Source of the DNA: Candidatus Omnitrophota bacterium
Lineage (GTDB): Bacteria > Omnitrophota > Gorgyraeia > Zapsychrales > JANLHA01
NCBI GenBank assembly: GCA_020632535.1
Contig: JACKFJ010000003.1
Location: forward strand, 38,166 to 102,165
DNA length: 64,000 nucleotides
Direction: 5' to 3'
The position numbers were made by a program, and so were the translations under genes. The notes under the pieces are model-generated. The model did not search any database. It had not been told where the DNA came from and saw only the letters and a list, made by a program, of their open reading frames with translations. Numbering within the stretch: the first letter of the stretch is position 1; the number at the start of each line of letters is the position of its first letter. Shown here one piece after another: positions 50,156 through 58,730 of the stretch.

Positions 50156-50566
50156 ATGAAAACCATTTCATGGGATTGTCCATCCTGTAAAAAGTTAAGC
50201 GTTGCCCCAGCCAAAACCGGCGCCCTCATCTGCCCGCATTGTAATGAAAATTGCGGCAGAGTCGACAGTGATGAGCTTTTTCCCGAATCATGCCCTCGAT
50301 GCTCATGCACACAATTTTATCTCGTAAAAGATTTTAATCAGGCCATGGGCTGCGTCATTATGCTTATCGGCATTGTTCTTGTACCACGTACATACGGTTT
50401 AAGCCTACCAGCCATGGCGCTTTTAGATTGGTTTCTTTTTCGCCGCATCGCGTCCGTTGCCATTTGTTATCGTTGTGGTGCCGAATTCCGCGGTTTTAAA
50501 ATTCCTGAACACATCAAACCCTTTATTCATCATATCGGGGCCAAATACGACCGAAAAAAACGTTAG
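50156..50566 (+). CDS. Zinc-ribbon membrane protein of unknown function
   Basis: CPSC...CPHC, CPRCSC and a C-terminal CYRC flank one or two TM helices. It starts 2 nt after the upstream stop. Confidence 0.5.
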   Translation: MKTISWDCPSCKKLSVAPAKTGALICPHCNENCGRVDSDELFPESCPRCSCTQFYLVKDFNQAMGCVIMLIGIVLVPRTYGLSLPAMALLDWFLFRRIASVAICYRCGAEFRGFKIPEHIKPFIHHIGAKYDRKKR

Positions 50567-50666
50567 CGAGAACTGCATAAATAGCTCATGCTCAAACAAT
50601 GTCTCGCGCTCTTCGCGACGCTACGCAGCTCGCCAAACTCGCCTGAGCTATTTATGCAGTCCTCGC
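50566..50666. repeat. Long imperfect hairpin R9, related to the repeat family
   Basis: The arms 50566-50591 and 50641-50666 pair over 26 bp with 2 mismatches, including a perfect 16-mer ctgcataaatagctca / tgagctatttatgcag. The 49-nt loop contains ctcgcgctcttcgcg (50603-50617), which is the reverse complement of cgcgaagagcgcgag in R1 (2710-2724) and R3. Confidence 0.85.
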
Positions 50667-50679
50667 CTTTAATTATTTT

Positions 50680-50704
50680 GTAACTTTTCCGGTCCTCACA
50701 CGTT
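50680..50704 (+). promoter_or_regulatory. Candidate ECF-type (autoregulated) promoter
   Basis: GTAAC, a 16-nt spacer, then CGTT, which resembles the GAAC-N16-CGT class of ECF promoters. It lies 64 nt upstream of the sigma-factor ATG. A 16-bp perfect palindrome taacccggccgggtta (50732-50747) lies in the leader. Confidence 0.35.
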
Positions 50705-50767
50705 AAACCATGTAGAGACGGAGAAGAGGTATAACCCGGCCGGGTTAAAATTAGGAACAACTACTTA

Positions 50768-51346
50768 ATGGAACAAACCGACGAAGAATTGATGTCCCAG
50801 TTCGCAGGAGGCGACATGCCCGCTTTAGAGGGAATTTTTACCCGCTATAAAAAACCTGTTTTTAATTTTGCCTTGCGCTTTTTAGCCAATCGCGCCGAAG
50901 CCGAAGATGTCGCCAGCGATGTTTTTTTCGCTGTCATGAGTGGCAAATACCACTACACCCCCAAAGCTAAATTTTCCACATGGCTTTTTACCGTGACTCG
51001 CAACGCGTGCATTTCCCGAATCCGTAATAGCAAAAAATTCTTTTCCCTCTGGTTTAAGTCAGAAGAAGGGGACGATCAGCAAATGCAATTGCCTGATCAC
51101 AACACATTGCCGGCGCCCGATGAGCTCATAAAGAAAGAACAGAGCGTTTTCATTGAAAGGGCCCTCGCCCATCTGCCTTTAGGCCAGAGGGAAGCGATTA
51201 TTTTAAAAGAGTTTCAAGACATGAGTTATGAAGAAATAGCAAAGGTACTTAACTGTTCGCTTTCGAATGTAAAGATTTTGATTTTTCGCGGCCGCGAGAA
51301 TTTACGACGAGAAATAAAAACGTCCGGCTTGGAGGAACTCCGATGA
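50768..51346 (+). CDS. ECF-family RNA polymerase sigma factor
   Basis: 192 aa. Region 2 (FNFALRFL.NRAEAEDVASDVF, WLFTVTRN) and region 4 (REAIILKEFQDMSYEEIAKVLNCSLSNVKILIFRGR). Confidence 0.88.
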   Translation: MEQTDEELMSQFAGGDMPALEGIFTRYKKPVFNFALRFLANRAEAEDVASDVFFAVMSGKYHYTPKAKFSTWLFTVTRNACISRIRNSKKFFSLWFKSEEGDDQQMQLPDHNTLPAPDELIKKEQSVFIERALAHLPLGQREAIILKEFQDMSYEEIAKVLNCSLSNVKILIFRGRENLRREIKTSGLEELR

Positions 51347-53733
51347 CAGACCATCAAATATGGAAACAATTACTTTCTGCTTATTTCGACGATGAATTGT
51401 CGCCGGAAGAAAAGGATACTGTCAACAATCATTTGATTGACTGTCCCGCTTGCCAAAAATATTTAAAAGAACTGCAATCTCTCTCTCTCAACGTCAAAGC
51501 TTTAAAGAACGAACCTCTTTCTCCCGATCTGGAACAGCGTTTAAACAACTTAAACCGCACCAGAACAGAGGGATCAACTATGCAAAAAACAAATTTTATG
51601 AACTTTTTAAAAACCGCGACACCAGTTGTTGTCGTATTATTTCTCGCGATCTTTAGTATTCAAATGTACTCCAAACGAGCGATGCAAGCACGAGTTCGTG
51701 ATGCCAGTCAATACACCCCGACACAAACTCTCGCTTTAGGAACAACAAAACAATATCAACCTTATTATGAATCGTCAAACTACAGCGGACGTTTGCGCAG
51801 CGCGGCGGATGATATTGGTACTCAGTACAATGCTGGCCATACGAATATTAAAAAGGAAATGAGAGCTAAGGAGGCGGCAGTTGATAGCATGGGCGTATAT
51901 GCTTTTCAACTTAAGCAACTCGCTGAAAAAGAAACACGCGCACATTCTAACATGCCATCTTCCGTTGTTGTCAACGGATCCGCAGCAATGTTTGCCTCAA
52001 GGACCAAGAGCGATGAAAACAAAGTCAACTGGAAAGATACCGCTACAATAAATTACCAACGAGAAAATTATGCCTTAAAATTACAGCGAGGAATGATCAA
52101 TCCGGCTGAAAAAGACTATGACAGTAAAACGCGTAGTGCTGATGAAGGTTATTTACAAAGCCAAGGCTATGGAATAGACAAATACCCCTATGCCCCAATT
52201 CAAATCCATGAATCCAACACAGAGCAATATGATCTAATCAATGAAAATGAATTTTTGCAAGTAACCGAAAATCCACTTTCAACATTTTCTATCGACGTTG
52301 ATACGGCATCATATGCCAATGTTCGTCGTTTTCTGAACAATACTCAAATGCCGCCGCGCGATGCCGTGCGTATTGAAGAAATGATCAACTACTTCAAATA
52401 CAATTACGCGACACCAAGCTGGAATCAACCATTCTCAATCAATTTGGAACATGGCATTTGCCCATGGAATCCCGCGCATCAACTCGTGCTCGTCGGTTTG
52501 CAAGGCAAAGAGCTTTCCGCACGCCAAACACCAATTAGCAATTTGGTTTTTCTCATTGACGTATCAGGTTCAATGAATTCAGCGGATAAACTGCCTTTGC
52601 TCAAAGAATCCATGAAATTGATGGTTCAACAATTGCGGCCTGAAGAACGTGTTTCGCTCGTCGTATACGCGGGCAATGCCGGACTTGTCCTCGATTCCAC
52701 GCCAGCTCACAACAAAGGCCTTATTATGGCCGCGATTGACAATTTGCAAGCCGGTGGTTCGACAGCCGGCGGACAAGGGATTGAACTTGCGTACGCCATC
52801 GCAAAAAAGAACTTTATTCATAATGGAAACAATCGTGTCATACTCGCTACCGATGGCGATTTTAATGTCGGGGTGTCCAGCGATTCTGCTCTTGTACAAA
52901 TGATTGAAGAAAAGCGTAAAGACAATATTTTCCTAACTGTTCTTGGTTTTGGAACCGGCAATTATCAAGATGGCAAAATGGAAAAACTTGCGAATAAAGG
53001 GAACGGCAACTATTTTTATATTGATTCTATCAATGAAGGCAAAAAAGTTCTTGTTGATGAATTAGGTTCAACACTCATTGCGATCGCCAAAGATGTGAAA
53101 ATCCAAATCGAATTTAATCCCAATGCCGTAAAAGCCTATCGCTTGATTGGTTATGAAAACCGTAAATTGGCCAAAGAAGATTTTAACGACGACACCAAAG
53201 ATGCGGGGGAATTAGGCGCAGGTCATACCGTAACCGCGCTTTATGAAATCGTTCCCGCCGGTTCATGGGAATCAACAGGCGGCAATGTTGACCCACTTAA
53301 GTATCAAAAACAAACTTCAATAAAGTCATCTTTCACAATCAATAAAGAAATGATGACAGTCAAACTGCGCTACAAAGAACCAAAATCAAACACAAGCAAG
53401 TTAATTACAAAAATATTGACTCAACCGACGAATACCACAAATCAACGCTGGTTTGGCGCAAGTGATAACTTACAATTTGCTTCAGCTGTCGCTGAGTTTG
53501 GCATGTTATTGCGTGATTCCAAATTCAAAGCAAACTCCTCATATACTGCCATAATTCAACGTGCGCAAATGAGTGCCTATACTGATCCACAAAATCACAA
53601 AGCCGAATTTATCAGCTTAGTGCAAAAAGCCGCATCGCTTGATCAACGCCAGCCGCAAAGTCAAGTTTTTCAAGATCCACACCAAAACTATCCCGTCCCT
53701 ACACAAGGAGAGGGGGGATATAACCAAAAGTAA
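51343..53733 (+). CDS. Anti-sigma factor (zf-HC2) fused to a YfbK-like vWA domain protein
   Basis: The N-terminus has HLIDCPACQKYL, followed by one TM helix. Next come NPLSTFSIDVDTASYANVRRFL and the vWA MIDAS motif LVFLIDVSGSMNS, then a long C-terminal domain. Overlaps the sigma gene stop (ATGA). Confidence 0.8.
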   Translation: MTDHQIWKQLLSAYFDDELSPEEKDTVNNHLIDCPACQKYLKELQSLSLNVKALKNEPLSPDLEQRLNNLNRTRTEGSTMQKTNFMNFLKTATPVVVVLFLAIFSIQMYSKRAMQARVRDASQYTPTQTLALGTTKQYQPYYESSNYSGRLRSAADDIGTQYNAGHTNIKKEMRAKEAAVDSMGVYAFQLKQLAEKETRAHSNMPSSVVVNGSAAMFASRTKSDENKVNWKDTATINYQRENYALKLQRGMINPAEKDYDSKTRSADEGYLQSQGYGIDKYPYAPIQIHESNTEQYDLINENEFLQVTENPLSTFSIDVDTASYANVRRFLNNTQMPPRDAVRIEEMINYFKYNYATPSWNQPFSINLEHGICPWNPAHQLVLVGLQGKELSARQTPISNLVFLIDVSGSMNSADKLPLLKESMKLMVQQLRPEERVSLVVYAGNAGLVLDSTPAHNKGLIMAAIDNLQAGGSTAGGQGIELAYAIAKKNFIHNGNNRVILATDGDFNVGVSSDSALVQMIEEKRKDNIFLTVLGFGTGNYQDGKMEKLANKGNGNYFYIDSINEGKKVLVDELGSTLIAIAKDVKIQIEFNPNAVKAYRLIGYENRKLAKEDFNDDTKDAGELGAGHTVTALYEIVPAGSWESTGGNVDPLKYQKQTSIKSSFTINKEMMTVKLRYKEPKSNTSKLITKILTQPTNTTNQRWFGASDNLQFASAVAEFGMLLRDSKFKANSSYTAIIQRAQMSAYTDPQNHKAEFISLVQKAASLDQRQPQSQVFQDPHQNYPVPTQGEGGYNQK

Positions 53734-53740
53734 TACCACC

Positions 53741-53829
53741 TCATTGCGAGGAGTTCCGCAGGGACGACGCGGTAATCTTGTATAGATTGCTTCGTCGCCA
53801 TGTACAAATTTGGGGCTCCTCGTAATGGT
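53741..53829. repeat. Palindromic repeat locus R7 (cattgcgag-type module)
   Basis: tcattgcgaggagttccgcagggacgacgcggtaatc...agattgcttcgtcgcc...ggctcctcgtaatgg. Confidence 0.85.
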
Positions 53830-53905
53830 ATCGCGCATCTAAACCTGTGAAATTTTTTCCAACTCAATCACTGCTAAATTTATTTCATAATTTCCTCGTA
53901 CATTC

Positions 53906-53934
53906 TTGACAAAGCAAATTCCCTGTAGTATTTT
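53906..53934 (+). promoter_or_regulatory. Candidate sigma70 promoter of the oxidase cluster
   Basis: TTGACA (53906-53911), a 17-nt spacer, TATTTT (53929-53934). There is an aaggag SD before the ATG at 53982. Confidence 0.45.
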
Positions 53935-53981
53935 AATGATATTCTTTTTACAAATTTCCCCCTTAATTTAAGGAGTTCAAC

Positions 53982-54716
53982 ATGAATACAAAAAAACTGT
54001 TAGTCAGCATTATTGCTGTCCTATTATTTGCAGGAAGCAACTTTGCTTCAGCGGCAACAATAAGCGGGACAATCAAATATGAAGGTGCAATTCCAAAATT
54101 CAAAGAAATCAAAATGGACGCAGACCCCGTTTGCGTTACCCATCACAGCGAACCCGTTTATCCCCAAACGCTTCTTTTAGGAGAAGATAAAACTTTAGGC
54201 AATGTTTTTGTCTATGTCAAAAATGGTCTAGCCAAGACAACTTATCCCACACCCGAAGAACCCGTTGTACTCGACCAAAAAGGTTGTGAATATACACCCC
54301 ATGTCGCGGGCATCATGATTGGACAAACGATGAAAATTTTAAACCCGGACGGAACACTTCACAATGTTCATTCCATGAGCAAAATCAACCCCGAATTTAA
54401 TCTCGCAATGCCAAAATTCAAAACTGAAACATCAAAAGTTTTTAATAAAGCTGAATTTATGTTTGGCATGAAATGTGATGTCCATCCATGGATGGGCGCG
54501 TGGATTTCCGTCATGGACAATCCATTTTTTGCAACAACCCAAAAAGACGGCACATTTACCATTGCCAATCTGCCAGCAGGAAATTATGAAATTGAAGCGT
54601 GGCATGAAAAACTTGGGACGAAAACCACAAAAATTACGATTGGCGCAGATGAAACTAAAACTGCGGATTTTACTTTTGTCAAACCGGGCGCTTCTGCGGC
54701 AGAAAGCACAAAATAA
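53982..54716 (+). CDS. Secreted cupredoxin-like protein with C-terminal carboxypeptidase-regulatory-like beta-sandwich
   Basis: Signal peptide ...SNFASA. The loop KCDVHPWM has C-x2-H-x2-M spacing as in amicyanin CTPHPFM, with an upstream LHNVHS. The C-terminus reads DGTFTIANLPAGNYEIEAWHE. Confidence 0.55.
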   Translation: MNTKKLLVSIIAVLLFAGSNFASAATISGTIKYEGAIPKFKEIKMDADPVCVTHHSEPVYPQTLLLGEDKTLGNVFVYVKNGLAKTTYPTPEEPVVLDQKGCEYTPHVAGIMIGQTMKILNPDGTLHNVHSMSKINPEFNLAMPKFKTETSKVFNKAEFMFGMKCDVHPWMGAWISVMDNPFFATTQKDGTFTIANLPAGNYEIEAWHEKLGTKTTKITIGADETKTADFTFVKPGASAAESTK

Positions 54717-54719
54717 TTT

Positions 54720-56450
54720 ATGTCACACGAAGCACATCATGAAATGCCATTCTGGCAAAAGTATATTTTTTCTCAGGATCATAAAGTTATTGGCATTCAA
54801 TACGGCCTAACTTCCTTATTATTTTTATTCTTCGGATTCTTCCTTATACTTTTAATGCGTTGGCAATTAGCATACCCCGGAGAAGCACTTCCTTTAATCG
54901 GGAAGTGGCTTGGCGAAGCTAATATGCCCGATGGAAAAATGCTTCCTGAATTTTACAATCAATTGGGCGCAATGCATGGCACTATCATGGTTTTTTTAGG
55001 CGTTGTACCTTTAGCCGTTGGAGCTTTTGGAAATTATCTTGTCCCTTTGCAAATCGGCGCACCAGACATGGCTTTCCCAAAACTCAATATGGCCAGTTAT
55101 TGGGCCTATTTTTGTGGTGGCGTTGTGATGTTAGCAAGTTTCTTTGTGCCGGGAGGAGCCGCCAGCTCCGGATGGACGTCATACCCGCCGCTAGCAAATA
55201 TCGCTACAACAGGGCAAACATTCTGGCTTTTGGGTATGGTTTTACTTATTACATCATCACTTCTCGGTTCAGTTAATACCATTACAACAATTTTTCAATT
55301 ACGGGCGGAAGGATTAACTTTCTTCAGATTGCCGTTTTTCGTATGGGCGCAGCTTGTAACTGCGTTCTTGCTTTTACTTGCTTTTCCACCTCTGGAAGCA
55401 GCTGGCGTAATGCAGCTTATGGATCGACTTTTTCAAACAAGCTTCTTTATGCCTAGCGGATTGATGGTCGGTGGGGAGCCATTAGCGATCAGTGGCGGAG
55501 GAAGCGCACTATTGTGGCAGCATCTTTTTTGGTTTTTAGCACATCCGGAAGTCTATGTTTTGATTTTACCAGCCATGGGAATTATAACGGAAATCATCGC
55601 CAACAATACGCGCAAGCCCATCAACGGATATAACATCATGGTTTATTCCATTATTTTTCTTGGATTCATGTCCTTTGTCGTGTGGGCACATCACATGTTT
55701 TTGACTGGAATGGGAACCGCCATCAGTGCATTTTTCCAAGCAACGACCATGATTATCTCAATTCCTTCTGTTATCGTTCTATCATTTTTATTCTTAACAC
55801 TCTGGGGAGGATCCATTCGCTACAACACACCCATGCTTTTTGCTTTAGCCTTCTTACCGATGTTCGGAATCGGCGGGTTAACGGGACTTCCTCTAGGATT
55901 GGCAGCCAGCGATATTCCACTCCATGATACATACTACGTTATTGGACATTTTCACTATATTGTTGCGCCGGGGACAATTTTCGCGCTTTTTGCCGGCATT
56001 TATTACTGGTTCCCAAAAGCGACCGGACGTAAAATGAGCGAATTTTTAGGACAACTTCATTTTTGGCCATCCTTGATTTTTATGAATATCATTTTTATGC
56101 CCATGTTTATTCAAGGATTAGCCGGTGTGTCACGTCGATTATATGACGGTGGAGCAACTTACGATTTTGCACATGGGGTTTTACACCTTAATAAACTCAG
56201 TACCCATGGCGCATGGGGATTGGTGATTGCACAAATTCCTTTTATTATCAATTTCTTTTGGAGCATGTACAAAGGAAAGAAGGTTACATCAAAAAATCCG
56301 TGGGAAGCAACGACTTTAGAATGGGATGCGCCAAATATTCCGCCGCACGGCAATTTTGAACAGCCACTCAAAGTTTATCGTGGTCCCTATGAATACAGTG
56401 TCCCGGGGGCAAAAAAAGATTATAGTCCGCAATCAAGCGAACACATTTGA
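54720..56450 (+). CDS. ctaD: Cytochrome c oxidase subunit I (A-type heme-copper oxidase)
   Basis: GAMHGTIMVF, WFLAHPEVYVLILPA, VWAHHMF and HDTYYVIGHFHY are collinear with family-A subunit I. Confidence 0.95.
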   Translation: MSHEAHHEMPFWQKYIFSQDHKVIGIQYGLTSLLFLFFGFFLILLMRWQLAYPGEALPLIGKWLGEANMPDGKMLPEFYNQLGAMHGTIMVFLGVVPLAVGAFGNYLVPLQIGAPDMAFPKLNMASYWAYFCGGVVMLASFFVPGGAASSGWTSYPPLANIATTGQTFWLLGMVLLITSSLLGSVNTITTIFQLRAEGLTFFRLPFFVWAQLVTAFLLLLAFPPLEAAGVMQLMDRLFQTSFFMPSGLMVGGEPLAISGGGSALLWQHLFWFLAHPEVYVLILPAMGIITEIIANNTRKPINGYNIMVYSIIFLGFMSFVVWAHHMFLTGMGTAISAFFQATTMIISIPSVIVLSFLFLTLWGGSIRYNTPMLFALAFLPMFGIGGLTGLPLGLAASDIPLHDTYYVIGHFHYIVAPGTIFALFAGIYYWFPKATGRKMSEFLGQLHFWPSLIFMNIIFMPMFIQGLAGVSRRLYDGGATYDFAHGVLHLNKLSTHGAWGLVIAQIPFIINFFWSMYKGKKVTSKNPWEATTLEWDAPNIPPHGNFEQPLKVYRGPYEYSVPGAKKDYSPQSSEHI

Positions 56451-56467
56451 AAGAAAAAAGGAATATT

Positions 56468-57067
56468 ATGTCCACCGCTGAAATTCCATTCACAGTTGAA
56501 TCCCGAAAGGATACCGGTTTATATAATGCCAAGCTCGGTATTTGGCTTTTTTTAGCGTCAGAAATGATGTTATTTGGCGCTTTATTTTCATCTTACATTT
56601 TATTACGTGTTGGAGCGACAAATTGGCCGCGCGGTTCAAGTATTTTGTCGGTGCCTCTCGGCGCATTAAATACAACTCTTCTCATTACCTCCAGCTTGAC
56701 GATTATTCTTTCTTGGGCAGCTTTGCGCATGAAAGACTTTAAAAAATACAAGCTCTATATGGGTGTCACAATTATTCTCGCTTTAGTATTTTTAGGAATC
56801 AAAGCTTATGAATATGGCATGAAATTTGAGCATCACTTATATCCAAGTACAAGTACATTTATGGCCATTTACTTTACTTTAACTGGTTTACACGCTTTGC
56901 ACATTATTGGCGGAATTGTTGTTAACGCTTACTTCTGGGGACCGGGAAGCCGAATGTGGCAAACAGACCCCGAACGATTTACCAATCGAATTGAAATCGC
57001 CGGACTCTACTGGCATTTTGTGGATTTGGTTTGGCTTTTTCTTTTTCCAGTTCTTTATTTGCTTTAA
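56468..57067 (+). CDS. ctaE: Cytochrome c oxidase subunit III
   Basis: Five helices and a C-terminal YWHFVDLVWLFLFP. I prefer the ATG at 56468. Confidence 0.85.
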   Translation: MSTAEIPFTVESRKDTGLYNAKLGIWLFLASEMMLFGALFSSYILLRVGATNWPRGSSILSVPLGALNTTLLITSSLTIILSWAALRMKDFKKYKLYMGVTIILALVFLGIKAYEYGMKFEHHLYPSTSTFMAIYFTLTGLHALHIIGGIVVNAYFWGPGSRMWQTDPERFTNRIEIAGLYWHFVDLVWLFLFPVLYLL

Positions 57068-57070
57068 ATA

Positions 57071-57124
57071 TCTTTCCCGCAATCTTTTGATGGATCCCCA
57101 ACAAGAACATTCGGGAATGACAAT
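57071..57124. repeat. Palindromic repeat locus R8 (fused, degenerate modules)
   Basis: tctttcccgcaatcttttgatggatccccaacaagaacattcgggaatgacaat combines halves of the two small hairpin modules. Confidence 0.7.
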
Positions 57125-57135
57125 AAGAGGGTAAT

Positions 57136-57501
57136 ATGTCAGCAACAAATATCGACACCATAAAGAATGAAATTCGCGGTTATATAACAATTTTTTCCGC
57201 GCTTTTAATATTGAGCTTTGTAACTGTTGGAATATTTTATTTGCAACTACCTTTAGGTTTTGCGATATTCTTTGCGCTTTTAATTTCCGCAATTCAGGCT
57301 TTTCTCGCCGCAGGATATTTTATGCATTTGATTTCAGAAAAAATGCTTTTACTATACGCGATTCTTGCCTTAACCGTAGTCTTTATAATTTTTGCAATAG
57401 CGCTACCCAGCATTGAGCATCACAACCCTATCACAGGAACAATTTACCAAAACGAACATCATCAACCCAATATTTCAGCGGAACATCATAATGTCCCTTA
57501 A
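57136..57501 (+). CDS. Cytochrome c oxidase subunit IV (prokaryotic CoxIV family)
   Basis: 121 aa with three TM helices. Called from position after subunit III. Confidence 0.65.
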   Translation: MSATNIDTIKNEIRGYITIFSALLILSFVTVGIFYLQLPLGFAIFFALLISAIQAFLAAGYFMHLISEKMLLLYAILALTVVFIIFAIALPSIEHHNPITGTIYQNEHHQPNISAEHHNVP

Positions 57502-57691
57502 AGATTTCCATATTGTTTTTATCATTGCCGCAATTATTTTATCGCTCGGTTTTGGCATCTGGGCTTTAAATAATTATGGCCAACCCGCGACCACAGGATT
57601 GCAAATAACTGCAACAGGATCCTTTCTCGTCAGTTTAGCTTTATCAGTTTATTGCATTCTTTTTATTCGCAAAATGAAAGCAAAAGTTTAA
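57491..57691 (+). CDS. Small 2-TM membrane protein, unknown
   Basis: 66 aa beginning MSLKDFHIVFIIAAIILSLGFGIW... The ATG overlaps the subunit IV stop. The track ORF start at 57413 lies inside subunit IV. Confidence 0.5.
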   Translation: MSLKDFHIVFIIAAIILSLGFGIWALNNYGQPATTGLQITATGSFLVSLALSVYCILFIRKMKAKV

Positions 57692-57922
57692 ATGCGCATT
57701 CTTAAAGTATTTGTGCCATTATTCTTTTTAATGCTCGTCGCTTCGCCGATTTGGGCCTGCAGCATGTGTTTTAAAGACCCCAATGCTTCAATGACCAGCG
57801 GTCTTAAGCAAGCCATGTTTATTCTTCTAATCGCGTTGTTCACTGTGTTTGCGGCATTCTTAAAATTTATCTGGAGCTTTCGCAAGCGCAGTCATATGTT
57901 TAACGGATCGAAAGAACTTTAA
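57692..57922 (+). CDS. Small exported/membrane protein with CxxC after the signal sequence
   Basis: 76 aa: MRILKVFVPLFFLMLVASPIWACSMCFKDPNA..., followed by a C-terminal TM helix. It starts on the nucleotide after the upstream stop. Confidence 0.5.
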   Translation: MRILKVFVPLFFLMLVASPIWACSMCFKDPNASMTSGLKQAMFILLIALFTVFAAFLKFIWSFRKRSHMFNGSKEL

Positions 57923-57933
57923 GGAATTTTATT

Positions 57934-58710
57934 ATGGATTTCGTAAAACTTTTCCCTTTACCGCCACTCGCGTCCGCTCACGGACAAGAAATAGATCTAG
58001 TAATCTACTTAATACACGCGTTAATGCTCGTGCTCTTTGTCGGTTGGGGAATTTATTTTATACTCGTCCTATTCAAATTTCGCAAAGGCAAAAATCCAAA
58101 AGCTGATTACATTGGTATCAAAAGTCATACCTCTAGTTATATTGAAGTCGCTGTTGCTCTTTTTGAAGCCTTTCTATTAATTGGTTTTTCAATTCCATTT
58201 TGGGCCAAGCAAATCAATACTTTCCCGACACGCACCGATACAATGGAAATCAGAGTTGTTGCGGAACAGTTTGCATGGAACATCCATTATCCCGGGCCCG
58301 ATGGAAAATTTTCCAAATCTGATCCTAAACTTTTTGACAAGCAATCCAATCCTTTGGCACTCGATCGTTCGGATCCCAACGGAAAAGATGATGTTGTCAC
58401 GATCAACCAAATGCATATTCCGATTGGCCGTCCTGTTGTGATCCATTTGACAAGCCGTGACGTTATTCATTGTTTTGCTGTTCCAGCGATGCGTGTCAAA
58501 CAAGATATCATCCCAGGCATAAGCATCCCCATGTGGTTTACTCCTACCAAAAGTGGTGTGTACGAAATTTCGTGTGCGCAATTATGTGGGATCGGACATT
58601 ACCGCATGCGTGGGTTTGTAACCGTACACAGCCAAGCGGATTTTGATCAATGGCTCGCAGAGCAAGTTGCAGCCAACAGCCAAAGCGGCGGCGACGATTT
58701 CTGGAACTAA
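57934..58710 (+). CDS. ctaC: Cytochrome c oxidase subunit II (CuA, no fused cytochrome c domain)
   Basis: Two TM helices and a cupredoxin domain with DVIHCF and CAQLCGIGHYRM (CuA ligands). The protein ends 35 aa after the CuA loop. Confidence 0.9.
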   Translation: MDFVKLFPLPPLASAHGQEIDLVIYLIHALMLVLFVGWGIYFILVLFKFRKGKNPKADYIGIKSHTSSYIEVAVALFEAFLLIGFSIPFWAKQINTFPTRTDTMEIRVVAEQFAWNIHYPGPDGKFSKSDPKLFDKQSNPLALDRSDPNGKDDVVTINQMHIPIGRPVVIHLTSRDVIHCFAVPAMRVKQDIIPGISIPMWFTPTKSGVYEISCAQLCGIGHYRMRGFVTVHSQADFDQWLAEQVAANSQSGGDDFWN

Positions 58711-58730
58711 GCACATTATCCAAATACTTC

